Source of the DNA: a virus
Lineage: Duplodnaviria > Caudoviricetes
IMG/VR virus record: IMGVR_UViG_3300028364_000048
Location: 1-50,672 of that record
DNA: 50,672 nt
Strand: one strand, 5' to 3'
Under the pieces are notes generated by a model. That model was not told the DNA's origin. It ran no database searches and saw only the letters and a program-made list of their open reading frames with translations. Of the stretch, positions 45,353 through 50,672 are shown one piece after another (positions within the stretch are counted from its first letter, which is position 1; each line of letters begins with the position of its first letter). Made by a program: the position numbers and the translations under genes.

Positions 45353-45636
45353 TCGTAGGGAACCCAACCGCCCGCGCAAAGGCCGTCCGCATTGCGGGCG
45401 GTCACGTTATCATCGAACCGGGTAAAACCGAAACGGTGAAGTCCGACTTGACCGAGGCTGAAGTCGACCGGTACAAGGCTGCAGGCTTGAAGTTCAAGTC
45501 AACCAATGAAGAAGCTAAGGCCGAAGCAGACAAAGCCGAAGCTGATGCCAAAGCCGAAGCTGATGCCAAAGCCAAAGCTGACAAAGCCGAGGCAGACGCC
45601 AAGGCACAGCCCGCCATGCCGACCGGCAAAAAGTAA
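45349..45636 (+). CDS. Small head-associated protein with AKAEAD repeats
   Basis: Low-complexity (AKAEADK/A)n C-terminus; follows capsid gene. Confidence 0.65.
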   Translation: MIVGNPTARAKAVRIAGGHVIIEPGKTETVKSDLTEAEVDRYKAAGLKFKSTNEEAKAEADKAEADAKAEADAKAKADKAEADAKAQPAMPTGKK

Positions 45637-45664
45637 CGGACCGGGCCAACCACAGGAGTGTCAC

Positions 45665-46063
45665 ATGATCGGCACAACCACAGGGCTGATTGCATATGCC
45701 GCGGCGCGCGGCACGGTAATCGCTAACGACGCGGCAACGATTTATGGACTTGTCAATGCCTCCGATTACATTCGGTACACATATCTGGAAACATCAAGTT
45801 GCACAATTGACAGTGCCAACGTTGTGGAAGCTGTGTACGAAGCAGCGATTGCTGAAATTGCAGAACCAGGCTTCTGGAAATCCACATACACACCTGCTGA
45901 GCAGGTAGTTCTTGTTGCTGTGGATGGTATTAAGTGGCAGCCTACCAGCGATGCCACTAAGGTTGGGGCGTCCGTTCCAAGATCCACGATAATTGAAAGC
46001 ATGCTGAGTCATTGCATCGGCGGTGGGCTTTACGGTTACGCAACCGGTCCGAGGCTGGTATGA
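45665..46063 (+). CDS. Head-tail adaptor
   Basis: AYAAARG...L..ASDYI...VYEAA; AGGAG RBS; position. Confidence 0.7.
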   Translation: MIGTTTGLIAYAAARGTVIANDAATIYGLVNASDYIRYTYLETSSCTIDSANVVEAVYEAAIAEIAEPGFWKSTYTPAEQVVLVAVDGIKWQPTSDATKVGASVPRSTIIESMLSHCIGGGLYGYATGPRLV

Positions 46064-46440
46064 GCGGGGCCAGGATTGCCGCTCAGATCGCTCGGGCCTA
46101 TGATCAGGCGGGCCGGGCCGCTGGTAACGGGAATGGCGCAATGTCTGTAAGGATAACCCGCACGCCCCCTGTCAGCGGCCCAGAATGGGCACCAGTTTTC
46201 GGCACGCCAGTTAACCACGATTTCGTTGCCAAGCCGTCCAGCAAGACTTACACACAGCGGACCGGGTTGTCGCTGGGCGAAAAGGAGCGCGTCTATTCGC
46301 TGGTGAACCACGGCGTGACAATCACCCCGAGCACATCGGACGTGCTGACCGTGGACGGCGTGAATTGGTCCGTGAAAGAGGTTATCCCGATGGACCCTGC
46401 AGGGTATGTGTTATCGTGGCTGGTGAAGGTCGCAAAATGA
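46060..46440 (+). CDS. Head closure / head-tail connector protein
   Basis: P..SD.L.VDG..W.V.EV.P.DPAG pattern; ATGA coupling. Confidence 0.65.
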   Translation: MSGARIAAQIARAYDQAGRAAGNGNGAMSVRITRTPPVSGPEWAPVFGTPVNHDFVAKPSSKTYTQRTGLSLGEKERVYSLVNHGVTITPSTSDVLTVDGVNWSVKEVIPMDPAGYVLSWLVKVAK

Positions 46441-46613
46441 CCGACGCAATGGGGTATTTGCTTTACGGACAGATGATTTTGGTAGTGTTTGGAGGGCTTT
46501 ATGGCGTTGCAACGCTTTTCCTATCAATTCAATATCATGGCCATGAGAAAACACACTATATGGTTCTTGGTTTCGGCTTGATTACCACTTCAATGATCTT
46601 GGCCATGTTCTGA
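46437..46613 (+). CDS. Small two-TM membrane protein
   Basis: Two hydrophobic segments; inserted among neck genes. Confidence 0.5.
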   Translation: MTDAMGYLLYGQMILVVFGGLYGVATLFLSIQYHGHEKTHYMVLGFGLITTSMILAMF

Positions 46614-46831
46614 TGGCAACCGAGGGAGATGACCAGATGACTGACCACACAACTGACAACCCGCTGTTGCGCGTCCGCACCCTAAACGGGAGGGCGCAAG
46701 TTTTCGTCCGCATTGATGGTCATAACTACGAAATAGGCGGCATCATGGTCGTTAAAATTGACGAAATTCAGCCTTCCGAAATGCTGATGGTCCAAATTGA
46801 GGCGCGTCTTGGGGGCCTGGGCACCGAATGA
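46613..46831 (+). CDS. Hypothetical protein
   Basis: Coupled ORF. Confidence 0.5.
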   Translation: MATEGDDQMTDHTTDNPLLRVRTLNGRAQVFVRIDGHNYEIGGIMVVKIDEIQPSEMLMVQIEARLGGLGTE

Positions 46832-47943
46832 CAACCCGCGACACCCAGCGCAATCTTATGAGGTTGCTGGACAAGACGTGGCCTGGCGTCCAGTTAGAGT
46901 TTGTCGCAGCCATGCGCGCGGCGCGGGCGGGTGTCAATATGAAGGCACTTGAGGCGGCGATCGGGCGCGGTGATGCGGACGCTGCATTCCGCGCGCTCAG
47001 GTTCGATGCGGCCGATATGTTCCGCACCGATACGGCGATCACCACGGCTCTGGCGGCTGGCGGCAATTATCAGATGCGTGCATTTCAATACGCCACTCGC
47101 CGCGCTCCGATTGCCAACCAGATCGTGCAGTCATTCGGGGGCCGGAATGAGCGGGCCGAACGGATCGCGCGGGACTTGGGCGCGCGGCTGGTGACTGAGG
47201 TGGTGGACGACACCCGCGTGTTGATTGCCCAGACGATCAGGGGCGGCATTGAGGCTGGGGCAGGGCCGCTGCGCACCGCGCTGGACATTGGCGGTCGCGT
47301 GGTCAACGGAAAGAGGCAAGGCGGGCTGGTGGGGCTGCACAGCACGCAGGCGGAGTATGTCCAATCAATGCGGGCCGCGCTGTCGCCCACAAACGGTGTT
47401 GGGGTTCGCCGGATCGTGACGGACCCGCTTACAGGAAAACAGCGCGCGATCAAAGACTACTGGATTGGCCGAGACGGCACGCTGAAAAGCACATTCACCG
47501 CGCGCAACAAACAATCCGACGCTGCTATTTTCCGCGCCATTCGTGACGGCACAACTTTGCCACAATCCGCGATTGATCGGGCCGCGCAGGGCTATTCAAA
47601 CAACCTGCTGAAGCAGCGTGGCGAAACAATCGCCCGAACTGAAACGATGAAAGCCTTGAGCGCAGGGCGTCATGAGGCTGTCGCGCAGCTTATCGAAAAC
47701 ACGAACAATGATGTGCGAGCCGAGGACGCAAAAGGCAAGTGGAATTCAGCAGGCGATGCTAAAACGCGACCGACACATGCAGCCGCCAACGGACAGGTGG
47801 TGGCGTATGGTGAGCCGTTTATTGTGGGCGGCTATTCGATGATGTTCCCGCTCGACTCAAGCATGGGTGCACCGGCGTCTGAAGTCGTAAAGTGCAGATG
47901 CTACGAGGAAATCATAATCGACTTTTTTGCGAGGCTGAAGTGA
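46828..47943 (+). CDS. Minor head morphogenesis protein (Mu gpF / SPP1 gp7-like)
   Basis: RGETIARTE...W....D.KTR.TH...NGQ....EPF...M.FP.D...CRC. Confidence 0.85.
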   Translation: MTTRDTQRNLMRLLDKTWPGVQLEFVAAMRAARAGVNMKALEAAIGRGDADAAFRALRFDAADMFRTDTAITTALAAGGNYQMRAFQYATRRAPIANQIVQSFGGRNERAERIARDLGARLVTEVVDDTRVLIAQTIRGGIEAGAGPLRTALDIGGRVVNGKRQGGLVGLHSTQAEYVQSMRAALSPTNGVGVRRIVTDPLTGKQRAIKDYWIGRDGTLKSTFTARNKQSDAAIFRAIRDGTTLPQSAIDRAAQGYSNNLLKQRGETIARTETMKALSAGRHEAVAQLIENTNNDVRAEDAKGKWNSAGDAKTRPTHAAANGQVVAYGEPFIVGGYSMMFPLDSSMGAPASEVVKCRCYEEIIIDFFARLK

Positions 47944-48371
47944 TGGCAAAATATACTTTTGCAACTTTGGACCAATGGACCAAAAAGACGCAACAGCGGA
48001 TCGATGCCGTGCTGAAAGACGCAACGCAATCTGTAATTTCAGTGGCGCAAACCTCAAAGGGTCATGGGGGGCGGATGCCAGTGATCACAAACAAGCTGAG
48101 GGGCAGCCTTCAATCGTCAATCGCGGGCGGGGCGTTTGGCGAAGGTGAAAAGTCACACATTCTGGTTGCTGCACAAATGAAAGGCGGCGATCTGGGGACC
48201 TTCGTTTGGACGGCTGAATACGCACGTCGCGTAAATGATGGCTTTACCGGACCGGACAAGCTGGGCAGAACCTACAGCCAAGTGGGCGCGCACTTCGTCG
48301 AGGGGGCCGTCGATCAATGGCCAGCGATTGTGCGGGCGTCCATACGCAAGGCAAAGGCGCGGGTCAAATGA
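47943..48371 (+). CDS. Tail completion protein (HK97 gp10-like)
   Basis: RMPV.T..LR.S...WTAEYARRV..G...G.HFVEGA..QW..IV. Confidence 0.75.
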   Translation: MAKYTFATLDQWTKKTQQRIDAVLKDATQSVISVAQTSKGHGGRMPVITNKLRGSLQSSIAGGAFGEGEKSHILVAAQMKGGDLGTFVWTAEYARRVNDGFTGPDKLGRTYSQVGAHFVEGAVDQWPAIVRASIRKAKARVK

Positions 48372-48805
48372 CACATGACGAAATAGAAAGCGCCTTGAAC
48401 ACGCGTCTTGAAGCTACACCATCAGCGCCGCCTATCGTTTGGGGCGAGAATGCTCCCGGAGTTTATGACACACCGTCGCTGCAATACATCACCCCTGAGC
48501 CACCTTACTGGCTGGCTTATTTCACCAACACTCCGCCTGAGCGCCTTGGATTGTCCAAGTCAAGTCGAATGGTCATTCGCCTGTTTGTTGCGATCTTCGT
48601 GCAAGAGGGGACGTTCAAGGATAAAGCGAATGCGCAGGCGCAGCTTGTTCTTAACCAATTCCCCATTGACTTGATACTACCTGCTGGGAACGGTCAAATT
48701 CAGGTTGCGGAAATGGGCCACCCACAGCAGGGCGGAATGGACGGCGCATATTTTCGCAAGAACGTGTCGATCCGCTGCCGCGCAATCTTTCAAAGGACAC
48801 CATGA
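48368..48805 (+). CDS. Tail terminator protein (DUF4128-like)
   Basis: I.SAL..RL...P.IVW.EN pattern; position before tail tube. Confidence 0.65.
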   Translation: MTHDEIESALNTRLEATPSAPPIVWGENAPGVYDTPSLQYITPEPPYWLAYFTNTPPERLGLSKSSRMVIRLFVAIFVQEGTFKDKANAQAQLVLNQFPIDLILPAGNGQIQVAEMGHPQQGGMDGAYFRKNVSIRCRAIFQRTP

Positions 48806-48957
48806 CCATGAACTGGCAGCCACACTATTGCGAAGAAGAAGTTACGGAACATAGCGATGGGTCGCGCACAATTTATCAGCGTCATTGGGTGTTCGGGATT
48901 TTGGTCAAAGACACATTCCCTTCAAGGCATCCTTCGCCGCAAAAAAGGACACCATGA
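48802..48957 (+). CDS. Small inserted ORF (51 aa) flanked by 21-bp direct repeats
   Basis: MTMNWQPHYCEEE...; AAAGGACACCATGACCATGAA at 48792 and 48944. Confidence 0.45.
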   Translation: MTMNWQPHYCEEEVTEHSDGSRTIYQRHWVFGILVKDTFPSRHPSPQKRTP

Positions 48958-49184
48958 CCATGAAAGCCAAACCTATCAGCGGCGCGCGGATCGTCACAAT
49001 GCCGACACCGACCGGCACGACGCCCGCCATGCTCTACAATGGCAAAAAGCCGAAGATCGGCGACGTGATGCAGTTTGCCATGCCCAACGGCGTCACATAT
49101 TCCGGCACGGTGGCCGAGGTCACAGAGGCTGACGGTGAGGTTCTGGTCGAGTTTACAAACGGCATCCTGCCGGTCACGAAATAG
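48954..49184 (+). CDS. Hypothetical protein
   Basis: AAAGGA RBS; directly before tail tube. Confidence 0.6.
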   Translation: MTMKAKPISGARIVTMPTPTGTTPAMLYNGKKPKIGDVMQFAMPNGVTYSGTVAEVTEADGEVLVEFTNGILPVTK

Positions 49185-49221
49185 GCACCCCGCCTATCCA
49201 CGCCATTGAAAGGAAATCATC

Positions 49222-49665
49222 ATGGCACTTACTGAAGGTATCGGCGGGTTTCTGTCCGTCTCGGCGGCCACCCCCGCATCATTTGACGCAGCCGGATACG
49301 TCGCGCTGACGTGGACCGAAGTGGGCGAAGCATCCGAAGTTCCAGAATTTGGCGCGGCCTATACGCCTGTCACGTTCACACCGCTCAAGACCGGCATCGT
49401 CAACAAATTCCACGGCGAACTGAACTATGGCTCGATCACCATTCCGCTCGGCTACGATTCTGCCGATGCTGGCCAGATCATCTTGCTTGCCGCGCTGGCT
49501 TCCAAGGACGAAATCAGCTTCCGCGAAACGCGCAGCGACGGCACAATCCGTTACATCATGGGCAAGGTCATGTCGTTCCCGCGCGGCCAGTCGGTCGGGT
49601 CGGTCAACATGGCAAGCTGCAACATCGAGTTCACGACCGCCGACGTGGAAGTCGCCGCACCGTAA
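49222..49665 (+). CDS. Major tail (tube) protein
   Basis: PASFDAAGY.ALTWTEVG...EFG...K..G..NYG...D.GQ..L; AAGGA RBS. Confidence 0.85.
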   Translation: MALTEGIGGFLSVSAATPASFDAAGYVALTWTEVGEASEVPEFGAAYTPVTFTPLKTGIVNKFHGELNYGSITIPLGYDSADAGQIILLAALASKDEISFRETRSDGTIRYIMGKVMSFPRGQSVGSVNMASCNIEFTTADVEVAAP

Positions 49666-49748
49666 TCCTGCACCTCCCGCAGGCTAGGGGGGTGAGGCGT
49701 GGTTGACCATGCCCCCCGACTTCAACCACAACCAATAGGATCTAGACC

Positions 49749-50201
49749 ATGGATTGTTTCGACTCAGTATCAGCATCAGAGGCAGGCGCTTGGCTGCACC
49801 TGACAAGTCTTCGTACAGCCGCGCCAGCATACGTCACAGGCAAGGACGGCACGCCAGACATGACCAAACCCATGCGCATGCACCTTATGGGGATGGATGC
49901 GCCTGCGTATAAAGCCAAAGCCCGCAAGCGGGCCACAGCGCTTTTGAAACGCCGTGGCGGAAACCTCAACATTGCCAAAATGACCGAATTGCAGATTGGC
50001 GCGCTGATCGACGATGGCGTGGAGGGCCGTATTAGCGACGCTGTTGACGCCACAATCGGCTGGGAAAATCTGAGCCTTGACGGCAAACCTGTTGAGTTTT
50101 CTGCTGAGGCTGCCGAGGCGATTTACCGCAAGTACCCTGCCATCCTGGACGAGGTGATTGAGTTCTTGAAGGAAATGTCAAATTTTTTCGCACAAGCCTA
50201 G
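49749..50201 (+). CDS. Tail assembly chaperone (gpG-like)
   Basis: Between tail tube and TMP; IGWENL..DG...FS; ends NFF at a slippery site. Confidence 0.8.
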   Translation: MDCFDSVSASEAGAWLHLTSLRTAAPAYVTGKDGTPDMTKPMRMHLMGMDAPAYKAKARKRATALLKRRGGNLNIAKMTELQIGALIDDGVEGRISDAVDATIGWENLSLDGKPVEFSAEAAEAIYRKYPAILDEVIEFLKEMSNFFAQA

Positions 50202-50551
50202 AGGCGCTTTGTCTCTGGGCACGACAGCACGCATGGCTGGTCACAAAGCCGAAGGGCATAGATGTGACACGCTGGAGTTTTTTGGAGCGTGCAAATGAAG
50301 AGCCGGAGTTTCCAGAATTGCCTTTTCGCGGGCATCTTACGGAATGGCTGTTTGATGTTGGGCCGGTGATGGAAATTCCCGGGATGGGGTCGGTGGCCCT
50401 GTCCCATTTAGAAATTCAGTCGTGGGCCGCAAATATAGGGCTGACGTTTGAAGGCAACGAAGCGCAATGGCTTCAAAAGATGAGCGCAGTTTACTCTGCT
50501 GAGTTGTTAGCGTCGAGCGGCACGGGTACGTCGCAGCCGTATAGAGAATAG
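50186..50551 (+). CDS. Tail assembly chaperone frameshift extension (gpT-like, -1 frame)
   Basis: T TTT TTC at 50183-50189; -1 frame open from the site (FRTSLEALCLWARQHAWL...) to 50551. Confidence 0.75.
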   Translation, partial: FRTSLEALCLWARQHAWLVTKPKGIDVTRWSFLERANEEPEFPELPFRGHLTEWLFDVGPVMEIPGMGSVALSHLEIQSWAANIGLTFEGNEAQWLQKMSAVYSAELLASSGTGTSQPYRE

Positions 50552-50563
50552 GAGGCACACCGC

Positions 50564-50672
50564 ATGGAAGACATGGCATCAGTTGGCCTTCAAGTCGACA
50601 GTCGACCCGTTCATGGGGCCAACAAAGACCTGGACAAGTTTTCTAATTCTGCAAAAAAGTCGGAAACTGCGG
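50564..50672 (+). CDS. Tail tape measure protein, N-terminus (3'-truncated by window edge)
   Basis: GGAGG RBS; MEDMASVGLQVDSRPV..A.KDLDKF resembles TMP N-termini. Confidence 0.8.
   Translation, partial: MEDMASVGLQVDSRPVHGANKDLDKFSNSAKKSETA

Noticed and set aside
43031-45379. Long antisense ORFs (43031..43960, 44618..45379; likewise 6828..7571, 2946..3650, 39042..39689)
   Set aside because: Shadows of well-supported genes on the opposite strand; no RBS or recognisable motifs.
45506-45612. AKAEAD nucleotide repeats as a regulatory repeat array
   Set aside because: Explained by a low-complexity coding tail in 45349..45636.
50564-50672. Direct circular join of window end to window start
   Set aside because: Joining 50672 to base 1 leaves the tape-measure frame one base short and no terminal overlap is visible, so part of the TMP gene is probably missing.
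1-50672. Lysogeny module, tRNA or rRNA genes
   Set aside because: No integrase, CI/Cro pair, ParA or tRNA cloverleaf recognised by eye; tRNAscan-SE would be needed to exclude tRNAs formally.

Overview
Near-complete genome (~50.7 kb, opened inside the tape-measure gene) of a tailed dsDNA siphophage. It is probably lytic, since no integrase or CI-type repressor is recognisable. It probably infects an alphaproteobacterium of the Rhodobacteraceae, based on a VPLPA-CTERM-like protein. The + strand late operon runs 39.2-50.7 kb and continues at 1-11.8 kb: NusG-like factor, terminases, portal, DUF2213 protease, decoration, major capsid, neck, tail tube, frameshifted chaperone, tape measure, tail tip, lysis cassette, then giant carbohydrate-active proteins. 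The - strand early/middle arm (11.8-38.6 kb) encodes a beta-clamp-like protein, ligase, SNF2 helicase, SSB, VRR-NUC nuclease, PolA, DnaQ exonuclease, WYL protein, primase-helicase and GIY-YIG endonuclease. Main highlights: (1) a candidate cytosine-modification cluster: thymidylate-synthase homolog with the dCMP-specifying Asp, dNMP kinase, MazG-like pyrophosphatase, SAM methyltransferase and dCMP deaminase; (2) thirteen copies of a 43-bp promoter element, each heading a small accessory gene in cassette-like arrays, plus a second promoter-box class and three paralogous putative DNA-binding proteins; (3) two giant genes joined in frame across one TAG (9762-9764), suggesting stop-codon readthrough to a ~1919-aa protein; (4) an AT-rich TAACCAA-iteron region that is the likely origin. 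All calls are from motif recognition by eye; no database searches were run.
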